A DNA stretch of 64,000 nucleotides from positions 8,860 to 72,859 of the forward strand of contig DAORVK010000009.1 of assembly GCA_035433705.1 (NCBI GenBank), read 5' to 3'. The notes beneath the pieces were generated by a model, which saw only the letters and a list, made by a program, of their open reading frames with translations, was not told the origin of the DNA and did no database searches. Below are positions 1 to 8,891 of the stretch, one piece after another. Each line of letters begins with the position of its first letter. The stretch's first letter is position 1. The translations under genes were made by a program, and so were the position numbers. The stretch is from Steroidobacteraceae bacterium. GTDB lineage: Bacteria > Pseudomonadota > Gammaproteobacteria > Steroidobacterales > Steroidobacteraceae.

Positions 1-261
<261 letters not shown>

Positions 262-272
262 GCACTGCGGGC

Positions 273-1346
273 ATGTCCGCCGAACCCATTTGCCTCGACC
301 CCTTTGAGGCCGGCGGCTGTCCCGTCCACTGCCGCACACTCATCGTCGAGGTGCTCGAGGACGAGCACCGCCGCGTGCGCGCGCTGGCGACGATCCTCGA
401 TCTGCGAAAGCAGGGCTGGGTTCCGACGGGAGGCGAGCTGCAGGCGGCGGGTCTCATCCATCACATGTCCCTCGACGTGCTCGTGGATATGGAGAGTGGC
501 CGTATCGAGCGCTTCGACCCAAGCCAGCAGGTGGTGGCCTTCGAGCCGGGCAAGCGCACCGCGGGCGAGAGTTGTCGCGATCCGATCCACCTGCTGCGCG
601 GCATGGTTGGCGAGTCGCTCGCCGCGGGCAATGCGCGACGGCTGCGCGAGATCTTCGGGGGGCCTCTCGGATGCAGTCATCTGCTCACGCTCGCGCAGCT
701 CGTGGTGTCTTTCCTTCCAGAGGCGATCGCCCGCGAGGCGCGGAGCGCGCGCGCGCGGGAGCGCGGCCGCGAGACGGGCGAGCGCATCGCCAAGCGCAGC
801 CTCGTCATCGACGCCTTCGAGCGCCGTGACGGCAACCAGGAGATCGCGATCCAGCTGACGGACGTGCACACCCTGCCGTTTTCTGCCATGGTCGGGGTGC
901 TCGATCGATTCGGCGTGCAGCACGAAGTGCGTGCGATCATCCGGGTCGATGCCGCCACGACGACGATCAGCGCCTTCGACGTAGCCGAGCGCACGCGGGG
1001 ACGGGCAGAGCTCGGTACTGCGGTGTGGCAGAGTCGGCGCGAGGAACTCGGCTGGCTCGACGACCGCCCCGTGATGCATGGGCTCGCGCCCGAGCTCCTG
1101 CGGCGCTACGGTGCCAACTCCGCGCACGAGCCGCTGCTTGCCGCGCTGATCAACTTTGCTCCAGGTTTCGTGCAGAGCCTGGCCACGCGCGTCACGCGCA
1201 TGATGGAGCAGGGCGCGCGCGAAGGCGGTGGCCGCGGCACGATGGATCTGTCGGGCATCGGCGGACTTCCGGATTCCTGCTACATGTGGCGCACCGGCGG
1301 ATGCCTGACGAAGCGGCGCCAGGCACGCAAGCTGGAAGGCGACTGA
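273..1346 (+). CDS. DUF2889-like protein (function unknown)
   Basis: ORF 231-1346. The ATG at 273 lies just after the upstream stop. The motif FGGPLGCSHLLTLAQL resembles the GCTHL signature I recall for DUF2889, and the second half looks like a degenerate repeat of the first. Confidence 0.5.
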   Translation: MSAEPICLDPFEAGGCPVHCRTLIVEVLEDEHRRVRALATILDLRKQGWVPTGGELQAAGLIHHMSLDVLVDMESGRIERFDPSQQVVAFEPGKRTAGESCRDPIHLLRGMVGESLAAGNARRLREIFGGPLGCSHLLTLAQLVVSFLPEAIAREARSARARERGRETGERIAKRSLVIDAFERRDGNQEIAIQLTDVHTLPFSAMVGVLDRFGVQHEVRAIIRVDAATTTISAFDVAERTRGRAELGTAVWQSRREELGWLDDRPVMHGLAPELLRRYGANSAHEPLLAALINFAPGFVQSLATRVTRMMEQGAREGGGRGTMDLSGIGGLPDSCYMWRTGGCLTKRRQARKLEGD

Positions 1347-1359
1347 CGGCGCGCCAGCG

Positions 1360-3459
1360 CTACTCGTTCATTTGTCCATGGCGAGCGCGCTCGCGCAGAA
1401 AGTGGCGCAGGGCTTCCAGATCGTCGTCGCCCAATTCATCGAAGGCCGGCATGCCGCGCTCGAGCAGTGCGCCACCGCGCACGATGTGCTCGAAGGCTGC
1501 CGGGGAGAGCGGCACCGCTGAAGCGCGCAGATCCGGTATATAGCCGCCCGCCACGGCTCCCACTCCGTGGCAGATGACACACTTGCCGTAGAGGGCCGCG
1601 CCGCGGCGCGCTTTGGCAGCGTCGATGATGAAATCGGGGTCGTCCACCGGCGTGGGTCGCGCCGGCGGCGGCGCAGCAGGCAGGCGCGCCTTGCCATCGA
1701 GCGCGAAGGTCAGCAGCCGGCGCGGATGCCCGCGCCCGATCCAGCCGTGTTGGGCGCTGAGGGAGCCGAGCAGGACGGTGCCACCCGTCCACCCGGCCAG
1801 AATGGAGATGTATTGCCGGCCATCCAACTCGTAGGTGATCGGCGGCGCAATCGTACCCACACCGAGATCGAAAGACCACAACTCGCGGCCGCTGCGCGCC
1901 TCATAGGCTGTGAGGCGCCCGCCGGCATGCCCCTGGAAGACGAGGTTGCCAGCCGTCGTCAGCACACCCCCGTTCCACAACCCCGGCGTCGGCACGCGCC
2001 AGGCTTCCTTCTGGTGCAGAGGATCCCATGCAAGGAGATAGCTGTGACCGGCACTTGCCGGGATGTCACCGCCCATGATGTTGATGCCGATGGGGTTGCG
2101 CGAATCGGGTCCATTGGTGAACGTGGCCGGGTCGATGCCCAGGTCGTTGTAATGGCCCGGCATGTCGCGTACCGGGATGTAGGCGAGACCGGTGCCGGGG
2201 CTGTAGGCCATGGGCTGCCAGTTGTGGGCACCGTAGGGGCCCGGCCAGATCAGTGCCTCGCCGCTCTCGTAGCGGCTGCCGGGCGCCTCCACCGGGCGAC
2301 CGGTCGCGAGATCAATGCGTTCGGCCCACGTGACCCTGGCGATCTTCTCCGCGGAGATCAGCTTGCCGTTCTCGCGGTCGATGACGTAGAAGAAGCCGTT
2401 CTTCGGCGCGTGCAGCAGCACCTTGCGCGGCTTGCCGTCGAAGGGCAGGGTGGCGAGCACCATATCCATCGCCGAGTTGTAATCCCAGCTTTCGCCCGGA
2501 TTGGTCTGGTAGTGCCAGACATACTCGCCGCTATCCGCATCGAGCGCGACGATCGAGGAGAGAAAGAGATTGTCGCCACCACCCGGGCTGCGCAGCTTCT
2601 GGTTCCAGGGTGCGCCATTGCCGGTGCCCAGGTACACGCGGTTGAATTCGGGGTCATAGGTCATCGCGTTCCAGACCGTGCCGCCACCACCGAATTTCCA
2701 CCACTCGCCGGTCCACGTTTTCGCGGCCATCTCCATGACCGGGTTCTCGAAGCCCTGGGCGGGGTTGCCGGGAACGGTATGAAAGCGCCAGAGCTGGCGA
2801 CCACTCTCGGCATCGTAGGCGGTGACGTAGCCACGCACGGGACCGAAATCGGCGCCGCCGTGGCCGATGATCACCTTGCCCCGGAAGACGCGCGGTGCGC
2901 CGGTGATGTAGCGCAGGTCATCCTTGCCGACCGTCATCACACTCCACACCGGCCTGCCACTCTTCGCGTCGATGGCAATCAGGCGCCCGTCCTGGGTGCC
3001 GGAGTACACCTTGCCGTTCCAGAAGGCGATGCCGCGTATGCCCCAGGCGCGCCGCAGCCTGGCGCCTGCTGCCTTCGCTGTCTGTGGGTCGTAGCGCCAC
3101 AGCAGTTTTCCGGTCCTCGCTTCCACTGCGTGGATCACGCTGAGACCGACGCCGAAGTAGATCACGCCATCCACTTCGAGCGGTGCGGTCGCCACATTGC
3201 CCGGTGCTTCGAGCTCGAGGCTCCAGAGCAGGCCGAGATGCTGGATGCCGCGGGCGTCGATCTGCGCGAGGGGGCTGTGGCGCTGTTCGCTGAAGGTGCG
3301 GCCGTACCCGGCCCAGTTGCGGCCGTCGTTTTCGTCGGCAAGTGCCCGATCATCCACGACGGTGGCATTCACCGTCGTGGTGATCGCACCCTGCACGGTC
3401 ATCAGCTTGCCCAGAGCGAGCACCAGGGCAGCGAGGCGCAACCGGCGCGCGATCATCAC
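1360..3459 (-). CDS. PQQ-dependent quinohaemoprotein alcohol dehydrogenase (type II ADH-like), periplasmic
   Basis: 699 aa with an N-terminal signal-like segment. Propeller motifs DGRNWAGYGRTFSEQRHSPL, WWKFGGGGTVWN, RSPGGGDNLFLSS and SWDYNS are present, plus a C-terminal cytochrome c domain with CVICH. The start is GTG 3459 or the adjacent ATG 3456, overlapping the upstream stop. Confidence 0.9.
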   Translation of the reverse strand: MMIARRLRLAALVLALGKLMTVQGAITTTVNATVVDDRALADENDGRNWAGYGRTFSEQRHSPLAQIDARGIQHLGLLWSLELEAPGNVATAPLEVDGVIYFGVGLSVIHAVEARTGKLLWRYDPQTAKAAGARLRRAWGIRGIAFWNGKVYSGTQDGRLIAIDAKSGRPVWSVMTVGKDDLRYITGAPRVFRGKVIIGHGGADFGPVRGYVTAYDAESGRQLWRFHTVPGNPAQGFENPVMEMAAKTWTGEWWKFGGGGTVWNAMTYDPEFNRVYLGTGNGAPWNQKLRSPGGGDNLFLSSIVALDADSGEYVWHYQTNPGESWDYNSAMDMVLATLPFDGKPRKVLLHAPKNGFFYVIDRENGKLISAEKIARVTWAERIDLATGRPVEAPGSRYESGEALIWPGPYGAHNWQPMAYSPGTGLAYIPVRDMPGHYNDLGIDPATFTNGPDSRNPIGINIMGGDIPASAGHSYLLAWDPLHQKEAWRVPTPGLWNGGVLTTAGNLVFQGHAGGRLTAYEARSGRELWSFDLGVGTIAPPITYELDGRQYISILAGWTGGTVLLGSLSAQHGWIGRGHPRRLLTFALDGKARLPAAPPPARPTPVDDPDFIIDAAKARRGAALYGKCVICHGVGAVAGGYIPDLRASAVPLSPAAFEHIVRGGALLERGMPAFDELGDDDLEALRHFLRERARHGQMNE

Positions 3460-5243
3460 GTTGCCGCGTGTTCCGCGAGTATCTCCCTGGTCACGCTGAT
3501 CCGGTCGATCTTGTCGGTGTGGGTACGCGGAAGGGTCTGGGAGCGGAAATGGAAAGTGTGCGGCACCTTGTAAGCAGCGAGGAGCTTCCTCGCGTGCACC
3601 CGCAGCTCGTCGGCACTCAGGGAGTGGTCGGGCTGAGGTACTACCACGGCCACCGGCATTTCACCCAACCGGCTGTCCGGGACGCCCAGAGCCAGCACTT
3701 CCCGAACGCCCGGGTGCTCGCCCAACGCCCGCTCCACTTCGGCGCAGTATATGTTCTCGCCACCGCTGATGATCATCAATGTCTGGCGGTCGGTGATATA
3801 GAGCCGCCCCTGATCGTCGAATCTGCCGATATCCCCGGTATGCAGCCAGCCGTTCCTGAATGTCGCGGCCGAGTCGGCCGGTAGTCCGAAGTAGCCGCTC
3901 ATCACCAGCGCGCCGCGTACCACGATTTCACCTTGCTCGCCCGCGTGCAGATCACGATCATCATCGTCAACGACCTTGACGTCGGCGATCGGCAGGATTC
4001 TGCCGACCGAATCGGGTTGTGCGATGAAGTCCTCGCCGCTCGAGCTGCAGACGGAACCGTTGGTCTCCGTCATGCCATAGCCGGTGGCAAATACGACGTG
4101 CGGCAACACGTCGTGAACCTTGCGCAGAAGATTGGGTGGAAAGGCCGCGCCACCGGTACCCACCACGGCGAGCGACGACAAGTCGTACTCCTGAAAACCC
4201 GGGGTGCGGAGCAAGTCCCACAGCATCGTGGGAACTGCGGTGATTGTCTGGACGTGTTCCCGGGCGATCAGCCGCAGGGCATCTTCTCCGGCCCAGCGGT
4301 TCAGAATGACGAGCTTGCTGCCGGTGGACAAGGCAGAGAGCACGCCATTGTGACAACCGGAGACATGGAACATCGGCGCGACCATCAGGGATACGGCTTG
4401 CCTCGCCGCGAGCATCGCGGCAGCTTCCGCGCCCGCCAGCGCCCGAAACCTGGCAAACGACACCGCAGTGCCGAATGTAGTGCCGCTCAGTCCCGCGAGC
4501 ACGCTGCGCTGGGTCAGCATGACGCCCTTGGCAAAGCCCGTTGTACCGCTGGTGAACATCATCAGGGCAGGATCGTCGCCATCGACGGGCGCGCAGGTGA
4601 GCCGCGGAGCCGTTTCCCATCCTGAGATCAGCTCATCGAAGGACCGGTCCTGGCGTGGGCGCAGCATGCGAGCGTCGTCGGTCAGTACCACTCTTGCCAG
4701 GTGCTGGCTCTGGCCACCGGCCTCCTGCAGCCGTTCGGCCCGTCTCGAGTCGGCTATGACGAGGCTGCATCCGGTGTCGCAGATCGCACGGTCGAGCTCT
4801 GACGGGGCGCCGCGGCTGTTGACCAGGACTGCGACGGCGCCCAGCGACGTGACTGCGAGAAACGCGATGATCCACCCGGTGGAGTTCTGCATCGCGATCG
4901 CAACCCGCTGCCCCTTCTGCACAGCGAACTGCTGCGTCAGATTGCTGGCGAGCCGCGCCGCCTGCCCGAAGACCTCCCCGAAAGTGTGATGCTTCCCGCC
5001 TTCAACCGTGAACACCCGATCGGCGAAGCGCGCGGCCTGACTGTAGAGATCGGGCAGCGTTTGCGGGCAGCTTCGGAAGAGCCTGCACGGCATCCCGTTG
5101 ACCTCTACGGTCACCATTTCGAAAGGAGCGCCCGGCGCGGTCAGCGCCGCCCGGATCGCATCGATGCCAGCTATGTTGATCCCCTCAAGTGACGATCTCG
5201 CAGGCGAGGCCGGCAGCTTCGAACATTCCGACGATCTGCGCAA
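3456..5243 (-). CDS. AMP-dependent synthetase/ligase (acyl-CoA ligase family)
   Basis: AMP-binding motif MMFTSGTTGFAKGVMLT, then GYGMTET and WLHTGDIGRFDDQGRLYITDR. Start uncertain: TTG at 5243 overlaps the activase 3' end by 59 nt, and the first ATG is at 5117. Confidence 0.85.
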   Translation of the reverse strand: MRRSSECSKLPASPARSSLEGINIAGIDAIRAALTAPGAPFEMVTVEVNGMPCRLFRSCPQTLPDLYSQAARFADRVFTVEGGKHHTFGEVFGQAARLASNLTQQFAVQKGQRVAIAMQNSTGWIIAFLAVTSLGAVAVLVNSRGAPSELDRAICDTGCSLVIADSRRAERLQEAGGQSQHLARVVLTDDARMLRPRQDRSFDELISGWETAPRLTCAPVDGDDPALMMFTSGTTGFAKGVMLTQRSVLAGLSGTTFGTAVSFARFRALAGAEAAAMLAARQAVSLMVAPMFHVSGCHNGVLSALSTGSKLVILNRWAGEDALRLIAREHVQTITAVPTMLWDLLRTPGFQEYDLSSLAVVGTGGAAFPPNLLRKVHDVLPHVVFATGYGMTETNGSVCSSSGEDFIAQPDSVGRILPIADVKVVDDDDRDLHAGEQGEIVVRGALVMSGYFGLPADSAATFRNGWLHTGDIGRFDDQGRLYITDRQTLMIISGGENIYCAEVERALGEHPGVREVLALGVPDSRLGEMPVAVVVPQPDHSLSADELRVHARKLLAAYKVPHTFHFRSQTLPRTHTDKIDRISVTREILAEHAAT

Positions 5244-6168
5244 CGCGCTCGTGCGAGAGCGGCTGCGCGTCGCCCAAGGGATAAGGGCGGTCGAGCATGT
5301 TGTACTTGTTCATGCCGAAGCGGTGGTAGGGCAGGACATTGACCACGATGCCGGGGCGCAGTTGCTGCACGAACCGGGCGGTGGCCGTGACGTTCGCATC
5401 CGTGTCCGAGACGCCGGGAATCAGAGGCATGCGGATGATCATCTGCGCGGGGCTGTCGGCGACGACACGGGCGTTCCTGAGAATCTGCCTGTTCGTGATA
5501 CCCGTTGTCTTGCGATGCAGTGCGTCGTCCATCACCTTCAGGTCGAAGAGCACCAGGTTTGTGTACCTGAGCACGGACTTCAGTCCCTTGGTGGATCCAT
5601 GGCCGGTCGTATCGAGTGTCGTGTGCAGGCCCGCTTCCTGGCAGCGCTCGAAGAGCGCGGCGACGAAGGGCGCTTGCATCAGCGGTTCGCCGCCGGAGCA
5701 GGTGACCCCGCCTTGCGAGCTGCGGTAGTAAAGCCGGTCCCTGAGTACTTCTTCGACGACCTCATCGACGGTCTTGTCGTCGCCGATCATTCGCAGGGAA
5801 CGCGGCCCGCAAACCTGGACACAGTCCCCGCAGTTGTCGCACAGGTCGCGGTTCACCCGGATGCCGGTTCCCGTGAGTTCGATCGCCTGCTTGCTGCAGG
5901 CCGTGACGCAACGGCCGCACTGGTCACAGAGCACGTCGTTGTGGGCGAGCTGGCGTCGGGTCTGCTGGGACTCCGGATTGGAGCACCACAGACAGGTCAG
6001 GGGACAGCCTTTCAGAAAGACGGTCGTCCTGATGCCCGGGCCGTCCTCGGTACTGAAGCGCTGGATGTTGAAAATGCGCCCCGTGAGCCAGTGCTCCGCG
6101 CCAGCCTCCATGTCTGGCTCATCGGGGTCGTCGAGCACCGGATCCGTGTCCAGCTCGCAGTCGCTCAT
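5185..6168 (-). CDS. Glycyl-radical enzyme activating enzyme (radical SAM)
   Basis: FSTEDGPGIRTTVFLKGCPLTCLWCSNPES (CxxxCxxC radical-SAM cluster), plus two ferredoxin-like Cys clusters, CDQCGRCVTAC and CDNCGDCVQVC. It lies 20 nt downstream of the GRE gene. Confidence 0.9.
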   Translation of the reverse strand: MSDCELDTDPVLDDPDEPDMEAGAEHWLTGRIFNIQRFSTEDGPGIRTTVFLKGCPLTCLWCSNPESQQTRRQLAHNDVLCDQCGRCVTACSKQAIELTGTGIRVNRDLCDNCGDCVQVCGPRSLRMIGDDKTVDEVVEEVLRDRLYYRSSQGGVTCSGGEPLMQAPFVAALFERCQEAGLHTTLDTTGHGSTKGLKSVLRYTNLVLFDLKVMDDALHRKTTGITNRQILRNARVVADSPAQMIIRMPLIPGVSDTDANVTATARFVQQLRPGIVVNVLPYHRFGMNKYNMLDRPYPLGDAQPLSHERVAQIVGMFEAAGLACEIVT

Positions 6169-6188
6169 ATGCTTTTCCGCCGGTTACC

Positions 6189-8738
6189 TCACATGCACTG
6201 TTCGGTGCGGCTGATGATCTCGTCCTGTACGACCGGCGACAGCTCCACCCAGAAGGCGCTGTAGCCCGCCACACGAACGACCAGATCGCGGTGGCTTTCG
6301 GGCGCGGCTTGCGCCTGCTTCAGCGTCTCGGTGTCGAGCACGTTGAACTGCACCTGGAAACCACCCTTCTCGAAATAAGTATCGAGCAGGCTGGCGAACT
6401 TCTGCTGACCGCCTTTTGTCCTGAGCGTTGCCGGCGAAAACTTCATGTTCAGCAGCGGCCCTTCAATGAAGGTGCTGTCGAGCTTGCAGACCGAGTTCAT
6501 GGCCGCCGTCGGGCCCTTCACGTCACAGCCCTGGACCGGGGAAGCCGAGGCATCACCGAGGTGCGTGCCGGACTTGCGTCCGTTCGGCAGCGCTCCGGTG
6601 GTCTTGCCGGCCCAGGATGACCAGGCGGCACCCTGCCGGAACATCGTGAAGCGTCGGCCGTAGCCGTCACGATAGCTCTGGCACCGGTCGGTCGCATCCT
6701 TGTACAGCTTGCACATGAGCGCATCAGGCTCATCCTCGTCGTTGCCGTACTTGGGCGCCGCGACGCAGGCCTGGCGCAGCTCCTCGTAGCCCTCCCAGTT
6801 GTTCTTCAGGGCATCCAGCAGGTCCGCCATCGTTCCCTTCTTGTCCTCGAAGATGACCTTCTTGATGGCCAGCAACGAGTCGGACGCGTCCTGGAAGCCG
6901 CGATCGACGAAGGAGAACGCTTCCAGCTGCTGATAGCGGCCGCCGAAGCGCGTGACATCCCTGCCATCCGCGATGCAGTCCTGAAGGAAGGCGGAGATGT
7001 ACGGGAAGTAGAAGGCGTCTTCGTAATAGCTCTTCTCGTACGCCCTGAAGTTCTTCATGGTGTAGTCGTAGAATGAATCGCGCTGCTTCTCGTACGCCTC
7101 GAGCATCTGCTCCCAGCGGGTGAACGTGCGGGGGTCGCCGGTCTCGATACCGAGCTTCTTGTTCGTCCACGTGTCCATGCCGTTGAACAGCGCCCACTCG
7201 AGGAGCTTCGAATGGTTGCAGAAGGACACGACGGCATTGCGCACCCAGGCGAAGCTCTTCGGGTACGAGGTGTTGATGCAGCCTGCCATGGCCCAGTCGC
7301 GCGCATCATCCCATCGAACACCGCGATCCAGCAGATACTCGGTGCCCATGCGGTCGCTGAACCAGGCGGGAATGCCGCCACCGTGATCGCGGTTGCACTC
7401 GATGCCTTTCTCCAGCAGTTCCGGCGCCATCAGCCGGTGATAGCGCAGCGAAACGTGCGGCTGGTGGGTCTTGACCTGCTTTGCAACCTGCAGGAAGAGG
7501 CAGGAGAGCTCGTTTGATGCATCCTTGCCATCGCGTGTCGTGCCGCCGAGCGTGACGTTCGCGTAGTAGTTCGAGGGCGAGATCTCCTGGTGGTCGCGCT
7601 TGCCGACCTGACCGAGGAACATGAAGGGTTCGAACTCGAGCCACTTCATGAACATGCAACCGAGGAGCTCGCCGGCCTCCTGGCGGGTAAGGCGTCCTTC
7701 GTTGATATCCTTCGAGTAGAAAGGCCACAGATACTGGTCGAAGCGGCCGACGAAGGCGTTGGTCGTCGCCTTTTCGATCTCCTGGCCGAACGCCACGAAC
7801 CAGTAGGTCTGCAAGGCCTCGTGGAAACTGCGCGGCGGATTCTCGGGCACCCGGTCGCACACTTCCGCGGTCTTGAGAAGCTCCTTCTGGCGTCGCGGAT
7901 CCTGCTCCATCTTTGCCGCCGAGCGCGCCAGCGCCGCATAGCGATGCGCGTGGTGAATCATGCCCTCCAGGGAAATGATCACCGCTTCAAGCCATTCGAT
8001 CTTCTCGCGGTCCTCGTGGCTGAGGTAGGGGCCGCTCGCCCTGGAACGGGTGCGGATGGCGTCGATGTGCTCCTGCGCCTGCTTGATGTGCCCGCGGAAC
8101 CCAATCGCCATGATCTTGTCCATGTCCGCGCCGGGAGTGAACAGCTGTGGCGTGAGTGGCGGGCGCAGAGCATTGCGGGCCTCGCCCATCAGGTGCATCT
8201 TGCCGCCGTCGAGCGCGTTCTCGGTCTCAAAGGAGCGCTTGGCAGGATACTTGTCTTTCCAGTACTCGGCTGCCTCGCGCAGGTACTGGCGGTCTTCATC
8301 GGCAAACTGGGTGACGGTCACCTCCGAGCCCGCGGTGACATCGACACGATCGAGGAGGGCTGCGAGGTGAATCGGCAACTGCTCGACGCCCGGGTTCGCG
8401 CCCCGGATATGCCGGGTCGGCGCGCCCACCAGAATCTCGTCGTCGCGAATGAGGATGTCCTTCTTCGCGAGCGCGTTCGCGAAGGCTTTCGCTCGCCGCT
8501 TTGCCGGATGCTCGCCTTCCGTCGTGCGGTAGGACTCGGTCCAGTACCGGGCCCGTTGACCGCAGATCGTGGGCCGGGATGCCAGGTAACGCTGCTTCAT
8601 GCGCTGGATCCGCTCCGTGAAGCCGTTGACCTTGTTGATCTCGGCGAGGGGGATCTTCCCGAGCACGGCCGCAATGATCTTCGTCATCCGGACTGTTATC
8701 GGTGTCGCCGTCGCGAGGTCGTCTATTACTGCTGACAT
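6189..8738 (-). CDS. Glycyl-radical enzyme, PFL2/glycerol-dehydratase-like fold, substrate unknown
   Basis: C-terminal glycine radical motif VVRVAGYSAFWVEL (Gly codon 6264-6266). Candidate thiyl Cys in WAMAGCINTSYP (codon 7278-7280), 338 residues upstream. The N-terminus ERIQRMKQRYLASRPTICGQRARYWTESY is typical of PFL2-type GREs. ATG 8738 is preferred over 8825 because GAGGAG sits 7 nt upstream. Confidence 0.9.
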   Translation of the reverse strand: MSAVIDDLATATPITVRMTKIIAAVLGKIPLAEINKVNGFTERIQRMKQRYLASRPTICGQRARYWTESYRTTEGEHPAKRRAKAFANALAKKDILIRDDEILVGAPTRHIRGANPGVEQLPIHLAALLDRVDVTAGSEVTVTQFADEDRQYLREAAEYWKDKYPAKRSFETENALDGGKMHLMGEARNALRPPLTPQLFTPGADMDKIMAIGFRGHIKQAQEHIDAIRTRSRASGPYLSHEDREKIEWLEAVIISLEGMIHHAHRYAALARSAAKMEQDPRRQKELLKTAEVCDRVPENPPRSFHEALQTYWFVAFGQEIEKATTNAFVGRFDQYLWPFYSKDINEGRLTRQEAGELLGCMFMKWLEFEPFMFLGQVGKRDHQEISPSNYYANVTLGGTTRDGKDASNELSCLFLQVAKQVKTHQPHVSLRYHRLMAPELLEKGIECNRDHGGGIPAWFSDRMGTEYLLDRGVRWDDARDWAMAGCINTSYPKSFAWVRNAVVSFCNHSKLLEWALFNGMDTWTNKKLGIETGDPRTFTRWEQMLEAYEKQRDSFYDYTMKNFRAYEKSYYEDAFYFPYISAFLQDCIADGRDVTRFGGRYQQLEAFSFVDRGFQDASDSLLAIKKVIFEDKKGTMADLLDALKNNWEGYEELRQACVAAPKYGNDEDEPDALMCKLYKDATDRCQSYRDGYGRRFTMFRQGAAWSSWAGKTTGALPNGRKSGTHLGDASASPVQGCDVKGPTAAMNSVCKLDSTFIEGPLLNMKFSPATLRTKGGQQKFASLLDTYFEKGGFQVQFNVLDTETLKQAQAAPESHRDLVVRVAGYSAFWVELSPVVQDEIISRTEQCM

Positions 8739-8877
8739 CTCGCCTGCTCCTCTGATGGGCCTTGTTGCGGTAGCCGGCGGTAGTCTAGGGAGCAGGGTGT
8801 CACCCAACAATAAACAGCGACGCAAAACAGCGTCACGCTAGCGCAACAATGTTGCAGCGCTTGGACGTCACAAGGAG

Positions 8878-8891
8878 TTGATAAATCTCAA
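8878..8891. promoter_or_regulatory. Candidate FNR/CRP-family box TTGATaaatCTCAA upstream of the GRE operon
   Basis: 9 of 10 matches to TTGAT-N4-ATCAA. Centred about 146 nt upstream of the GRE start codon and overlapping the LysR stop codon. Single site, no experimental support. Confidence 0.3.

Noticed and set aside
1567-3573. 668-aa plus-strand ORF antisense to the PQQ dehydrogenase
   Set aside because: Arg/Ala/Gly/Pro-dominated composition with no recognisable motif, while the opposite strand carries unambiguous PQQ propeller and CxxCH motifs. This is a typical shadow ORF of GC-rich DNA.
6189-8738. Calling the GRE a benzyl-/alkyl-succinate synthase. The adjacent CoA ligase and the many family III CoA-transferases prompted the idea.
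   Set aside because: There is no room for the small beta/gamma subunit genes that accompany X-succinate synthases. The N-terminus looks PFL2/dehydratase-like. I cannot assign a substrate from sequence alone.
8843-8855. Palindrome GCAACAaTGTTGC upstream of the GRE, considered as a sigma54 -24/-12 element
   Set aside because: It lacks the GG of the -24 box (TGGCAC-N5-TTGC). It may be a LysR-type or other operator, but this cannot be supported further.
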